A DNA stretch of 64,000 nt from Eledone cirrhosa (GCA_964016885.1 OZ024742.1:61318001-61382000); one strand, 5' to 3'; shown: positions 1 through 14,126, counted from the first letter of the stretch. The notes: generated by a model from the sequence alone, not told the origin. A program made the numbers and translations.

Positions 1-135
1 TCCCTAAGACGAACCTACAACATACACACGTCAACATACATACCTACATCAGCACACATCTCTACCCACATATAAACACAATGACATACGTAAACACACA
101 TGCTCTATGGTGCAACACAAAAAGATATATGTGTA

Positions 136-181
<46 letters not shown>

Positions 182-545
182 ATATATGTGTATGTATATA
201 TATATATATAGTGAATATCATTTCACACCTTTTATTGTTAAGATTTTTGATGTTCTATTAAGAGAACCGATTTTACTGAAAAAATCGAATAATGTACACC
301 ATTTTACCAGGGGGGAAAAAAATACTGGTCCACCCACACACACACACACACACATATATATATACACACACACATACATACACACGCGTACATTAACATA
401 CAAAGAGACTTATACACACACACACACACACACACTTCTCCGTATAAGACAAAAGCTGAAAAACATATTTTGACATGCTAAAATACCCCCCACTGCTTAC
501 AGACACATTCCTACTGACCATCCCTGTTACCACGAATTACTCTGC

Positions 546-580
<35 letters not shown>

Positions 581-716
581 GCACGCACGCACGCGCACAC
601 ACTTATCTTAATAGCCATTTGACACACATCCCTGCTAACCATTATCACAACATCGAACACCTTACTACTACACACACACACACACACATATTTGTTGTGA
701 AAGAGTCACTCCTCTG

Positions 717-960
717 TCTTGGCGCAAAATCAATTTTTTATTCACATGACCTCTACCGACCAATTAAAATTGTTTTGACCACAAGAATTTTTGCAAACAC
801 CAAGTAGCGCTGGAGCCACTTTTTTAACATAAAAACAGTCTTGGTGCAAAATCAATTTTTTACATTCACATGACCTCTACTGACCAATCAAAATTGTTTT
901 GACCACAAGAATTTTTGCAACACCAAAGTAGCGCTGGAGCCACTTTTTTAACATAAAAAC
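717..960. repeat. Tandem duplication, ~121 bp unit x2
   Basis: tcttgg(c/t)gcaaaatcaatttttt...cacttttttaacataaaaacag occurs at ~717-837 and ~838-960. Confidence 0.85.
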
Positions 961-1168
961 AGGTAGAATTCCCAAAACAAATCAGATAAGAGCAAACAAC
1001 ACGGACAAAATTATTTTTGAAAAGCATTTAGAAATGCGCAACCGGTAAAAACTTAAAAATTTAAAACCACAACTGAATACTAACCCATACAATTACTAAT
1101 ACTCTTTTATTCCTAATTAAACCATTTTTCAACTGTGAACAATTTGTCAACATTTTCTATTCTGTTTA

Positions 1169-1219
<51 letters not shown>

Positions 1220-1253
1220 TTCAAAGTATAACAATATATATATATATATAATA

Positions 1254-1895
1254 TAATGAAATGACAGGAGGCTGGATTTGTGTAAATCCTTGAAAGGTTT
1301 ATTATACTATGATCATTTCAATGACCGGGTTCCGTATGAATCCGGTGATATCATCAGGTATTCGAAATATAATACGTGAATGTAATAGGTAAAATCCATG
1401 GGGCTGAAAATCGAGACCCGAGGGCGACCGCTATTCTGTTCCTTCAACCTCAGCCGGTCGCCCTGGAGTGACGTGGCTAAATTTTACAGTATGCTACTAC
1501 CGGTCAGATGAACGAAAACAGAAAGGGGTGGGAGCATAAGTTAACGTCGATCCCATGACACAAGGTAAAAGAAAGGAAGAAAGGAAGGAGAGAGAAGAAG
1601 GGGGAAGAAAGAAGAAGAGAAGCCAGGGTTAATGTCAGCTAAAAGAGGAAGGCAACTACTACTGGTCAGATATAGGCAAGCAAGAGGGGGAAGGAAGATA
1701 AGTCTGCGGGAGGAAGACAGGAGGAGGGGAGAAGAGAAGGAAGGGAAGAGAGAAGTAGAAAAGTAAGGGTTGATGGCTACAAGAAGGAAGATAGAAAGAA
1801 AGAGGAAGAAAGGTCGATATTAATGTCAGACCACAGTCAAGCCAGGAGTGGTGCGAGAAAATTTTCACAGGGACCCGCATCTTAGCAGAGGTGAA
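1254..1895 (-). mobile_element. Penelope-like element 3' remnant (GIY-YIG tail, pyrimidine-rich UTR, degenerate hammerhead at 1315-1368)
   Basis: Minus strand has a degenerate GIY-YIG-like C-terminus near 1810-1890, a long pyrimidine-rich tract, then CTGATGA-tat..ata-cGGAA-cccgg-TC flanked by atttcgaa/ttgaaat. Ends in (TA)n. Confidence 0.5.
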
Positions 1896-2383
1896 TATAT
1901 TGGGAGTCAGTGTGTTACAGTGTTTAGACTTCTAGGATGAAGTTAAAAAAATATAATCAATATTCAATATTAAAGAGGTTAGAAAATTTAAAGTTCAACA
2001 GTTTAACTTTTAATTATATAATAGTTCCGATTTGTTCTGTAATTTAAAGGTACTATGTGGCGGTTAAAACACCGGCCGCGCCCCAGGCCCCATGGCGAAT
2101 TAAGCCACGCCGAGTATTTTCATTTACTGAAAGAAGGGGAAATTTATTTTTCCAAGCACTCCAGGTGAGCTCGTTCGTCAGGGAGCTGGTCGCGCCGCCA
2201 TTAAGACCCACCCATATATTGGGAGTCAGTGTGTTACAGTGTTTAAACTTCTAGGATGAAGTTAAAAAAATTTATAATCAATATTCAATATTAAAGAGGT
2301 CACCTGGAGTGCTTGGAAAAATAAATTTCCCCTTCTTTCAGTAAATGAAAATACTCGGCGTGGCTTAATTCGCCATGGGGCGA
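1896..2383. repeat. Tandem plus inverted duplication (pLTR-like)
   Basis: 1896-1980 is repeated at 2214-2300, and 2088-2168 is repeated in inverted orientation at 2300-2380. Confidence 0.8.
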
Positions 2384-3020
2384 ATACATACATATATATA
2401 TATATATACATATATATATATTATATATATATATACATATATATATATTATATATATATATACATATATATATACTATATATATATATATACATATATAT
2501 ATATTATATATATATATATATAGTTAGAGAGATATTTATAGATATAGATAAAGGGGCTGATAAATTTACCTACATATACTTTTATATATGATTATATACA
2601 CACGTGTATGTGTATGAATGTGTGAGAGAGTATGTATGTGTTCGTGTGTGTGTTTCTGTCTTTTTGTGTGTATGCGTATATGTGGTGTGTGATACGTTAT
2701 GCATCTAAGTTTTTATGATTGCATGGTTTATATTTCTGTAGTAAAATTAATAAAACGGCAATGACTGATAAGTGTGTAATATCAAGTAACCAGCAACACT
2801 GTATCCGGTCGGATATTAACATCTTCATTTTTGACCCCAATTTCGGATAATATATCAAATATACTTCATCATAATTACGTAGTATGACCTATTTGCATAT
2901 TTCTCTCTTTGTTATCTATCCTTCTGACTATCCATAGGTTTCTCTTTAAATCAATCTTGATGTTTGTTATATATCTATCTATATATATGTGGCCTGGGTC
3001 TCTGTATACACGTTCTCAAA

Positions 3021-3120
<100 letters not shown>

Positions 3121-3539
3121 GGTGTGTGGACGTGTGTGTGCTGCTGTGTACGTGTGTCCTTGTGTGTAGAGATAAAAACTGTAAGGAAGGGCTAGAAATG
3201 CGTGTATTTACAAACATCGAGTAATTAAAATAGCGGAATGTCAGAAATTGTATCCAGCCGAACCTTTTCATTCTGTGTTTCTATTTTCCTTGCATCACTC
3301 AATAAAGTTTTTTTTCCTAATTATCGCTTGAAATTGATGTAATAAACTATAACACTCCTCTATAAAATTATTACCCTGCTGATGTGTATTACTTACTTGA
3401 GCTCTGCAGTTCTGATAAAGCCGTAAGGGGGTCATTGTGACATTTAAACATTTAAAACCAAGTGGAAGCTATTCCTCTTCAGGTCATATCACAAGCGACT
3501 TTTTCCAGTGGGAGAGTGAGAGAAAGAAAGAGAGAAAGC

Positions 3540-3590
<51 letters not shown>

Positions 3591-3699
3591 AGAGAGAGAG
3601 AAAGTGGGTATGTATGTGAGAGAGTAAGAGGGGCAGTGCGAGGGTAAGAAAAAGAGAGAAATGTGTAGCAAGAGAAGTGGAAATCTTCATCCTTTTAAT

Positions 3700-3835
3700 A
3701 AACTAAAACACTTTATCGAGCCCGAAACGATGAAATGTAAAGTTGACCTCAACGGTATTTGAAACCAGATCGTAAAGAACTGAAACGAATACCACTCATT
3801 TTACTCAATATCCTATTGGCTTTTCTAATTCGCCG
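3700..3835 (-). mobile_element. Degenerate tRNA-derived SINE
   Basis: ttatcgagcccgaaacgatgaaatgtaaagttgacctcaacggtatttgaa is a diverged copy of the SINE core at 17.5 kb. Confidence 0.6.
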
Positions 3836-4734
3836 GTTATGACGTGATTATAAAGCATTTAGTTGTTTTCTTTTTCTACACAAACAAATCAATAACAGCA
3901 TTACGTTGAATTGATTTTATCTATAGGCACCAAAGGTTCTAGTACTTTTCGATCATGTGGTTGCCGATAGTTATCACACAGGGTGAGATTATTACAATTC
4001 AGAATGTAATGATATGAGATATCAATATTTAAAATCTTCATGAACAATAAGAGTATCAGTAAAGGTTTGAGTGATATCATGTTATTCGTAACATAACTAA
4101 TATTAAAATCGAAATATTTGTGTTTCTTTTATAATACTTCAATTTGATTTTCACATTTTATATTGAACATATTTAACAAGAATGTTCTTCTGTGTCGAAG
4201 GTCACACGCGTACTCTTAACGCAATTCTATAGAAGATTAAGCGTTAAATTCTTTAAATTAGAGTTACAGTCCATTTTGCATTAGAATGTATGCTCTTGAG
4301 TATTTCATATGCATATATGAATTACAAGGAACGGCCTGCCTCAAATATCATGTGGAAAAGCTAACCCTTTTGAATTACAGGTACAGTCTACCTTATATTG
4401 TAGTGTGATTGGGTACCTTAGAAACGGGTACTTTTCACGTAATTCTCTTTAAAATTCATCGTAAGACTCTATGTAACACGGCTGATCCTTTTGAATTATA
4501 TGAAGAGTCAATCCGACAGAGTTTTAAGGTTTCTCTTCCCACTTTCAGTTCAAATCTTCTAGAGGGGAACCCTTATCATCTCTCAGCCACTAGCCGCCTT
4601 ATGAAGCCGGGATAAACTCTGGTCTGATGAAAGTCTAGGCTCGAGTCAGACTTTAAATAGCTTGAGTTTTCCCAAAGGTTAGCCTAATTGCTACGTGCTA
4701 ACCCTGCGGTAAACAACAGCAACAGCAATTAACA

Positions 4735-5140
4735 ATTGTTTCTAATTTTAGTACAAGGCCAACAATTTGAAGGGAAGGAGAAAGTCGATTAAATCAATCC
4801 CAGACCGTTAGTGGTAATTTATTTATCGACTCCGTAAAGAAGACAGGTAAACCTAACCTCGGTGGATATGAACTCAGAACGTAAACGGTCGTAACTATAT
4901 GCCATAAAGCACGTTTTTTGACGCTCTTGCAATACTGCCAATCCTCCGCTGTAGCAACAATTAATAATAATTGTTTCTACTTTTGGCACAAGGCCAGCAA
5001 TTATCCCAGTGTATTACTGGTACTTTATTTAATCGACCCCGTAAGGATGAAAGGCAAAGTTAACCTCGGCTGGATGTGAACTCAGAATGGCAAGGACCGT
5101 AACTCTATGCTTGGCGTCCGACCCTCTACCGAGCAACAAT
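4735..5140 (-). mobile_element. Two tandem tRNA-derived SINEs (Meta-domain-like core)
   Basis: Two copies (~4735-4955 and ~4968-5140) of tactggtactttattt..atcgaccccgtaaggatgaaaggcaaagttaacctcggc..gaactcaga, the reverse complement of a B-box plus conserved core. Confidence 0.8.
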
Positions 5141-6542
5141 TAATAATAATATTGATTAGAGTTTATCTCTACCACGAACTCACATCTCAATATATAAACT
5201 CGTCCTGAATCTATCTACAAACAAGATGTTTAATAAATATAGAAAATATACATTAACACGCAATGTTCTCACGCAGTGTTAGAACAATGCAAATTTATTT
5301 CAATTGAAGATTAGCAGCTTCCGGTTGGAGTTTACGTTGTAAATTTGATGTCTGATATACAAGATATATGTGACTAGGGAAGCGATGACTCGGGAGCCAT
5401 GAGTGGACACACCAGGAATGTAGATACATTATTTTGAATTAATTAAAATAATAATTTAGGCCTAGTTATTAGACATGTTAGATCAATTAAAGGCATTCCA
5501 TTGGTAACATCCCGTCTAAGTTTTTGTATATCAGGGAGTACACTTTCCAAAGTAACCCTTTTTGGGTTAAGGAGATTTGAGGAAAATTTATCCGCTAGTT
5601 ATAGTAGCGTTACAGACTACATGCAGGGTCTTTCCCTGGGTCGTTTCTGTAAATTTTAAATCTCTAAATATGTTAAAGTGCAACATTTTTAAAATGAATT
5701 CTAATCTATAGAAAATCCTGAGGAATATTAGGCTGCTATTTCTAGCATATATACTCATCCGTTTTTTTTTTCTTTTTTTGAAAATCTGTAAAAGTGTGAC
5801 ATTTTTAAAATGGAGTTTAAATTTTGCAAACTTTTATAAGCAACATTGAAGGAGATGTGACTGTTATTTCTAACAAAGACTCTCTCTATTTCTCTTTCAC
5901 TCTCTCGTTGGTTAGTTGCTTTATTTGTCCATATTATACATAAGTAGAAAATATTTCATTTTAAAAATGAAATCTAATAAGTTACAAAATTTTATACAAA
6001 AATAAATCTGAAAAAGATTTAGCTGCTATTTCTAAAATAGCCTCTCTCGTTTGTGCTTGGTTGTATTGTCACATGCAGTCCTACTTCAACAGGATTATCG
6101 TACAGAAAAACGAACAAGAAGAGCTTCAAGAAACGGAAACAACACAGTACAATAAAGACATATGCGTATATTTGTTTAACACTTGATATAGTAGGGAAAG
6201 ACTCTTTTTATCTCGGACATTAGTCTTTCATCGGAAGATAGAATGAGAAATAAAAGGTGAAACAAAATTATAGAGATTGAGAAGAGGAAGGAACGGGAAA
6301 ATATATTTTGAGAAAAAGCATGTCTGTGAATTCAGTCAGCCATTAAATGTGTATATATAAGCATTTTATAAGAAATACTGTGTAGCGCCGGGCAATTCTG
6401 TAAATCAAATATTGGAGGATACAAGCGGAAACAAGCGAACAATTTCCGATCTTCAGACATCCATTCTCAGCGTGAAAATCCAAAGATATAGATATTAAAG
6501 GAAATTCGAGCTTTCAGTGTTTTAGACCGTCCAATATATCAT

Positions 6543-6655
<113 letters not shown>

Positions 6656-7727
6656 TGGATGTATGTATATTTTTTTCTAATTTAGGCTTATTGATCTTTC
6701 GTCATTTTCAGAGTTATTACATTTTATTTACATTCGCTATTTATTTATTATAATTTATTATTATATTTATTATCAGTTCTTATAAATAGAAGATAGAAGA
6801 CTGTTTACTATAGAAGACTATACCAAAGCTAATTGGACAATAGATAACCAAAACAAATATATTGAAATATTACCTTAAATATTTAATTGATGCCTATAGT
6901 TAGGAGAAATTCCCCTTTACAATGAGTTGAGAACATACGAGAGAAAGAAAATTATTCTATTTATATTACGTTGGCATTCTGAATTTATTGATAGCTATTG
7001 GCGGATTCGTTTGAACGTCGGAGACAATTCGTTATTGTGCTCGTTTTAGCTCTCATTTCAGTACCAATCTAGTAGTACTGCAGGCTCGATTTTCCTACAT
7101 AACTCTTTCACACTTCGTTTCTCTCTATTTATTCTTTTCTGGTAGAAATCTCTTGTGTTTAGACATAAAAAAGAGATGGGCTTTGCCAGGTTTTACAAAA
7201 TGCCCAAGAAATGATGTATGTCTCTGCGGCACCCCTACGACACCATCATCAGTTACGGCTCCATACATACAATAATAATACATATATTTTTACTGAGCAG
7301 GTTTTGAACATTTTGAAATGTCGTTCAACGTATATACTTATGAATTCTCTCAGTGTATTTTGGAATAACGGTACATATTATAAGTCTATTAATATTAAAT
7401 TATTTGCTAGTGTCAGTTAAAAATGGCCTAAGGAAGAGGAGTGTAACAAGCACGCAACTTCAAATATATTCGTCAATTATTAGTTAGACAATTGGGATTT
7501 GAGTAAATTTAATGGTATCAATGAGTTGATGTTATGAAAGTGTTACAATAGATAATGGAATAAAATAAAATAGATAAGCTACAATAAAACGAATGTCGTG
7601 ATAATAATTTCAAATATATTCGTAATTTCTTGTGTACTAAAGAAGACGGTTGGCGTGGAATAGGAAATAGACATACGATTAGATTAAACATCATAGACAT
7701 TTAGAATTTGTTGAAATATAGGCAATA

Positions 7728-7768
7728 GAAGAAGAAGAAGAAGAAGAAGAAGAAGAAGAAGAAGAAGA
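7728..7768. repeat. (GAA)n microsatellite
   Basis: Direct observation. Confidence 0.95.
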
Positions 7769-7865
7769 TATAATTATGCATGTATAAATGTTAGTGTATA
7801 TGTGTGTACATACATCAAAGAACTATTATATATATATATATATTAGATATCCAGTGATGTTTGTA

Positions 7866-7928
<63 letters not shown>

Positions 7929-8377
7929 TTATTTATTTATTTATTTATTTAGAAAAACTTATTTTCTACCAAGTTATCAATACGAAGAAGTTACTTAAAT
8001 CACGATTTATAATAATCTAATAACAATTGAATTCTATGTTTACAGTGTCGTTTGTACGACAACTCTATAAGCATTCAATAACCGTCCAATGGTAGTTAAG
8101 TGGCGGCTCTCTTACCCACAATAGTTGTGATATGACTGGCAGTAAACTGTTACGCTTTGTCCAGTGTTACATATTTAAATACACTTAAATTGATGTTGAC
8201 AGGCTTTTAAGCCGATTTGGTGTTGTGGTCTAAACAATGATGTTATATACAACAGATATGTTTAGATTCAGTGATAACCGACCAGTTTTTCAATCATATT
8301 TTCGCACGTATAAATGCATGATTTATTATATCAAAGTTTCCTTAGATACCTATACATATGCATATATATATATACAC

Positions 8378-8408
<31 letters not shown>

Positions 8409-8649
8409 CATACATATAAATATATATATATATATACATATATATATACATACATATAAATATATATATATATATATATACATACAGTATATTGCCAAAT
8501 ATACTACACATACATTCATATACATTCATATATATATATATATACAAGCAAATTATAAACGTAAACATGTAAGTATGTTTTGAAGCGGTACGCGAGTTTG
8601 AAATTAGAAATTAGAAATTATAAGCTTTCACCGTATTTTAGACTAAAGA

Positions 8650-8872
8650 CATTTCTAGCCTGATAGTTGGGTTTATAATTTGCTTGTTTATCATTCACTT
8701 GCTAAGTTCATAGCTTCTAATTCGAATGGAAGGAGATGGGATGTGTATTGGTGTAATGGTAGCACAGTGGTCTGGATAACCAAAGATGTGGGTTCGACTC
8801 CCATGTACGGCAACACTCATCTTTTTTCATTTCTCCGAGGGTTATAAACCCCACTATCAGGCTAGAAATTTC
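8650..8872 (+). mobile_element. tRNA-like (SINE head) sequence bracketed by ~28 bp inverted repeats
   Basis: A-box-like tggtgtaatggtagc and B-box ggttcgactccc at 8749-8803. atttctagcctgatagttgggtttataa (8651) is inverted at ~8842-8869. Confidence 0.55.
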
Positions 8873-8984
8873 TTTAATATATATATATATATATATATAT
8901 ATCGTCCTCAGACGACTAAACTATTGCTCTCACCTGTGGTCGCCCCACACTATCAAATTAATTGTAGAAAAGATACTGGCAAAG

Positions 8985-9300
8985 GAGGAGACGGGTGAGA
9001 TGAGCAGTGATATACATATGCAAGATCCTAGAAAGATTAACACCAAACTTTGGCATTGAAGGCAGAACCAGCCCGCGAACAGGACGTCACTGTCTGAGGT
9101 TTAAGGGGCCCCAGCTTTTTAATAAGCTGCCAAAAGGTCTAAGAGATCTATATGATGTGCATGTAGAACTTTTCAAGAGACATATCGACAATATACCGAC
9201 CAAGATCTCGGATGAGCCCCCACCACGAAGCGAAGCACAAACAAGAGCAACAGACTCCATTATGCACCAATGGCCACCAACCAGGTAAGGCTGGCTATAG
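8985..9300 (+). pseudogene. CR1/L2-group LINE ORF2 C-terminal fragment
   Basis: IYICKILERLTPNFG..RTGRHC..LRFKGPQLFNKLPKGLRD..FKRHID..I..DEP resembles the post-RT tail of CR1-group LINEs. Confidence 0.7.
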
Positions 9301-9376
9301 AAAGTGTAACATTGGTGGCGATGCCCCTCGGCTGGAACACAAATAAATAAATAAATACACATACATACATGCATAC

Positions 9377-9414
<38 letters not shown>

Positions 9415-9952
9415 GGGGGTGGGCTGTGTGCGCGTTTATACATGAACATCACATAATTTTGTATTGAATATATTGAAAGTAGTTTTATAAGCATGAATTT
9501 TCATTAGCGCTTCGTAGCTGTCTCAGTGGACTAGCCTTATGTACACGAGATGTTGGAAACCCTGGTCTTGGGTGCTGGTCCTGGTCGGGGGCACGTGTAG
9601 TTTCTTTCAATTTTTATTTTACATTCCATAGAAAAATCTGAAAAGGTTTCGCAGGAACCATACTCCCAACCAGGATCGAAATTCTGACCAGGATCAACAC
9701 CGTATATGATTCCTCCAACTAAGCTACCGACACAGCTACAAAATTGAATTGAAAATTAATAATTGTAACCTTACTTTCAAAATCAAAGTAGTTTAAAAGA
9801 TCTGGTGTCGTTCATGGCTTTCCTAGCGCTGTTAATGATATTTAGGGTCGACTTGTCAATCATCTGGCTCATTGGTAACAACCATATTATTCCTATGTCT
9901 GTTTAACTGTTGCATTAATTTAATTTGATTATTTTAGCAAATAAATAATATG

Positions 9953-10018
<66 letters not shown>

Positions 10019-10039
10019 CATAAATGCAGGTAAAGAGGC

Positions 10040-10570
10040 AGGCTGTGTGTTTACTGAAAACGAAGTGTAAGAACGTAATAGGGACGTAAACAAAAGAAGC
10101 AAGGTAGTCCTTAGTCAGCTGTTTACTACGGATCATAGATGTTTCGGCGCTTAAAACAGGACATCGATCCGTAGCGCGCCCATGGCCTTTTATCAATTAA
10201 AAGGCCACGAGGGAAAGAAGTGACAGTGAAGAGGGAGGAAGAAAGGAAAAAAGGGAAATAGGAAAAAACGAAGTAAACATACCGAATAGGACACAGGACA
10301 ATGGCACATGTATGTAAGTAACCGAGGAGGGAATAGAATAAGTTTTACTGTACTGCTGGGAATAGGCGCGGTGGCCGTATAACCTCGTAGCAAGGTTTTT
10401 CCGTGGGGATCTCAGTAAAGTGAGTGTAGAGAGAGAGAGAAAGACGGAGAAACAGGAAGTGAGAGAGGGTGAGTAAGAGGGATAGAGAGAGAAGAAGGAG
10501 AAGGGAAAGGGATTTAATCCAAAAGGGGTTTACAACACGTGTGTGACCAGGGCGAAAACAAGCATATGGA
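10040..10570 (-). mobile_element. Penelope-like 3' remnant carrying a permuted hammerhead-like motif
   Basis: GIY-YIG-like tail (..VNPFGLN..) at ~10510-10560, pyrimidine-rich UTR, and a structured motif at 10107-10214. Confidence 0.55.
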
Positions 10571-10576
10571 TAAGGA

Positions 10577-10614
<38 letters not shown>

Positions 10615-10652
10615 CAAAGAGAGAAAAGGAGAGAGTCATTTCCTATATATAT

Positions 10653-10800
10653 AACGGCTGAGCTCCGGCCGTTTCGACAGCTAGTTCTGAGCTCAGCCGT
10701 CGGGTCCTGACTCTTTTCCTATTACCCACTCTATTACCCATAGTATCGAGTACTCTGTTGCGTTATGATCCACCTGGTTCCTTACCACACTTCCTTCGTT
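10653..10800 (+). mobile_element. Short foldback copy of PLE pLTR family A (cggc-tgagctca-gccgTC)
   Basis: Same sequence family as 16081, 33027, 57525-59490 and 60348. Confidence 0.8.
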
Positions 10801-11114
10801 ATATATATATATATGCAGTGGCAGACTGTCCGGGTTGACAGGTTGCCCAATGATAATTGGGCACCAGGCATCCCACGGTAGCAATACAGGGGCACACAGT
10901 AGCATTGCAGGTCCCGCTGCAGTATTTTAGGGGCCAATGCTTTCAAAAAATACCTGAAGTCTAAGAGAAAGAATAAAATTTCTTTTAAAATAAATAAAAC
11001 AATTAAGCAAAGCATTTGGTCAGCCAATTCCCCAGGGTATTAATAGGAACCAAAATATATGATAGTGCAAATAGCTGGAATCAGTGGTTGTATATTCTAC
11101 TAAATCTAAAGCTT

Positions 11115-11970
11115 CGTATATATAAAAATGAAAGTCCAAAGAATCATTAGATAAAATATATACAGTATTTTCTCTCCCAATCAGTATAAATTAATCACAC
11201 AGAAAATCATTTAAACGAGGCCATAAGTTTAAAATCTATTTATGACGAAATAGTAGACAAATGATACAGATTCTTTTCCGCGATGTACAGCCATATGAGA
11301 TTTACCTAATATTCCTTATAGCCTGTAAAAATTGGACAAATAGTTAACTACACGGAATTAGATACAAAATCGAAGTTAGAAGAAAATATGCACATGAATT
11401 TTACCTGAATTCTCATAGTCTCTAGCAACCGGCAGTTTCGTTCCACTTTCTGGATATATCCGGTCTTGGATAAATCCACGTGGCTCGGAACTCATCAGGA
11501 GATACCCCAAACTGGACTAAGATTCTTCCACCATGATCCCCGCCAGATATGAGTTCAAAATGGCTAAGAACCATCACGTGGCCAGTGGTCAAGGCAGAAA
11601 GTTTGTGATTGGTGCCTGTCGGCGAGTAGGCTGGTTGCTAGAAAGCGCAGCCGAATACTGCCTAAAGTTTTACTCAACCTTACGGGAGTATATATTAAAT
11701 TCAAAGGGTATATATATATAAATTAGACAAAGTCATAGATAAATATATGTTTGGCAACCATTCACGGTGTGGCTCAATGAAGAATTAATTAAATAATTAT
11801 TAGTCAGAGCAATATATAAAAATGTAAATTCAAAGAATCATTAGATAAAATATATACAGTATTTCCTCTCCCAAACAGTATAAATTAACCACACAGCAAA
11901 CCATTTAAACGAGGCTATAAGTTTAAAATGTACTTATGAAGAAATAGTAGACATATGATACAGATTCTTC
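11115..11970 (-). mobile_element. Tandem pLTR-like unit (~695 bp) with an extended-stem-II hammerhead candidate at 11419-11502
   Basis: 11120-11275 is repeated at 11813-11970. Minus strand reads tctc-CTGATGA-gttcc..ggaac-GAAA-ctgccggttgc-TA-gaga. Confidence 0.6.
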
Positions 11971-12327
11971 ATATATATATATATATATGCATATATATAT
12001 ATAGAGAGAGAGAGATATAGATATAGATATATATAGATATAGATATATATATGTATGTATATATTGAGTGAGTGTGAAAGACCAAAGATCATTATTGAAA
12101 GAAAGTCTCTGGATTACATAATATTTTTATTGGAGAAGGTAAGATATCTTTCTGCAAAAATTTGATTGCACTGTTTTTGTATTCACTTATGTATTTTTTT
12201 AAAACGTTATTTATTCATTATAAAAATTAAATGATACCATTCTATATGTAGGATGGCACCTTTCATCTCCTGACAACCAATATTTTTAGACGCAGTCCGC
12301 CACTGTATACATATATGTATATATATA

Positions 12328-12489
12328 TATGTTATATTTGGGGATGGTCATATTGTTATAGTATTGCCAGAAATGATATTAAACACACTCACTGTTTAGT
12401 TTGGAATGGTTTTCGCTTCTGCATATTTTATATCCCTATAGTTGATTTAGTTGGCAATCAATGTTAACCAGTGATTGATCAACGGTTAA

Positions 12490-12490
<1 letters not shown>
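12328..12490 (-). mobile_element. PLE pLTR family B terminal fragment
   Basis: tgttatatttggggatggtcatattg..acacactcactg matches 31912, 37848 and 53820. Confidence 0.7.
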
Positions 12491-12541
<51 letters not shown>

Positions 12542-12551
<10 letters not shown>

Positions 12552-13797
12552 TACATGAATCAAAGTTCTGTTTAAACCATTTATTCGCTTACAATTGTTT
12601 CTTCCAAACCGAGGTTTGGTGTCTTCGGAGCAATTTTTCAATGATTGTTTACATACTTGACCTCTTTTCCAACACAAGAGACATACAGAAACATATGTAT
12701 ATATTGATGCACAGTGGGTTGACATCCATTATAATATTTAAGCATGGCAATTTACATTCAAAGATTAAAGTCATATTAAAAGAAAACAAAATTTAAGTTA
12801 AAATACAACATTGGCAGTTTACGAAGAAAATGCAAGATGATAGTGAGAAGTAGTTAGTGTATGCAATAGTTACACGTGGGGCATGCACGTGTGTCTTATT
12901 TATATAAGATTATAGTGCGGCAGGATGTTATATGTAATACAAGCACTTTAAGTGGGCAATTAAGAGTATTATGGGGGTTGTATTGGTAAAGTATTTTTTT
13001 ATATGTATGATATAGAAGCTTGTGTGCAGATAAATATAAAAAATATTTAAATTGAGAAGCAAAACAATGTTATTTCTATATATATATATTTCTATATATA
13101 TATATAATTTCTATATATATATATATATATAATATGTATTTTTTATATTTATCTGCACACAAGCTTCTATATCATACATATTAAAAAAATACTTTACAAA
13201 TACAACCCCCATAATACTCTTGATTGCCCGCTTAAAGTGCTTGTATTACATATAACATCCTGCCGCACTATAATCTTATATAAATAAGACACACGTGCAT
13301 GCCCCACGTGTAACTATTGCATACACTAACTACTTCTAACTATCATCTTGCATTTTCTTCGTAAACTGCCAATGTTGTATTTTAACTTAAATTTTGTTTT
13401 CTTTTAATATGACTTTAATCTTTGAATGTAAATTGCCATGCTTAAATATTATAATGGATGTCAACCCACTGTGCATCAATATATACATATGTTTCTGTAG
13501 GTCTCTTGTGATGGAAAGGAGGTCAAGTATGTAAACAATCATTGAAAAATTGCTCCGAAGACACCAAACCTCGGTTTGGAAGAAACAATTGTAAGCGAAT
13601 AAATGGTTTAAACAGAACTTTGATTCATGTAATTTCTATATAACTGCTCTGTACAACAACTGATGTTATTACATTGAGCTATTTATCTTACTGGTAATAA
13701 GGTAGTAATAAATTACTGTCTTTCACTATTTAGGGTTTAAAATATATATAACTATAACAGGTTTTAGTATATACATAACCATAAATAGTATCCTTAA

Positions 13798-13800
<3 letters not shown>
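12542..13800. mobile_element. ~510 bp inverted repeat (foldback PLE pLTR) with a hammerhead in each arm
   Basis: 12542-13054 is the near-perfect reverse complement of 13127-13641. HHR gct-CCGAAGA-ca-ccaaacc/ggtttgg-aa-GAAA-caattg-TA-agc at 13551-13597 (+) and 12586-12632 (-). Confidence 0.85.
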
Positions 13801-13891
<91 letters not shown>

Positions 13892-14126
13892 AAGGCATGT
13901 ATTGTGTTAGAAACTCAAAATGGTCTCTTAGAATAAATTAGCTCTAGGAAAGAGGTTTTTCCGAGCCGTATAATATAACTGAAAAAAAGGAAAAACGAAC
14001 ACAGACATATACATATATGTGTTCAAATCGTAAGGGACCAGATTCGCTAAGGTGAAAAGAACACTAACTTTACCAGACTCAATTTAAGAATAAATCAAGA
14101 AAAATCAAGAAAAATAAATACAAACC

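Noticed and set aside
4605-4672. CTGATGA-aagtct..agactt-TAAA with aaactc/gagttt flanks
   Set aside because: G12 is absent and there is no proper stem III or UH site. Only one copy is present.
8749-8812. tRNA gene
   Set aside because: A and B boxes are present but the acceptor and anticodon stems are imperfect, so it is treated as SINE-like.
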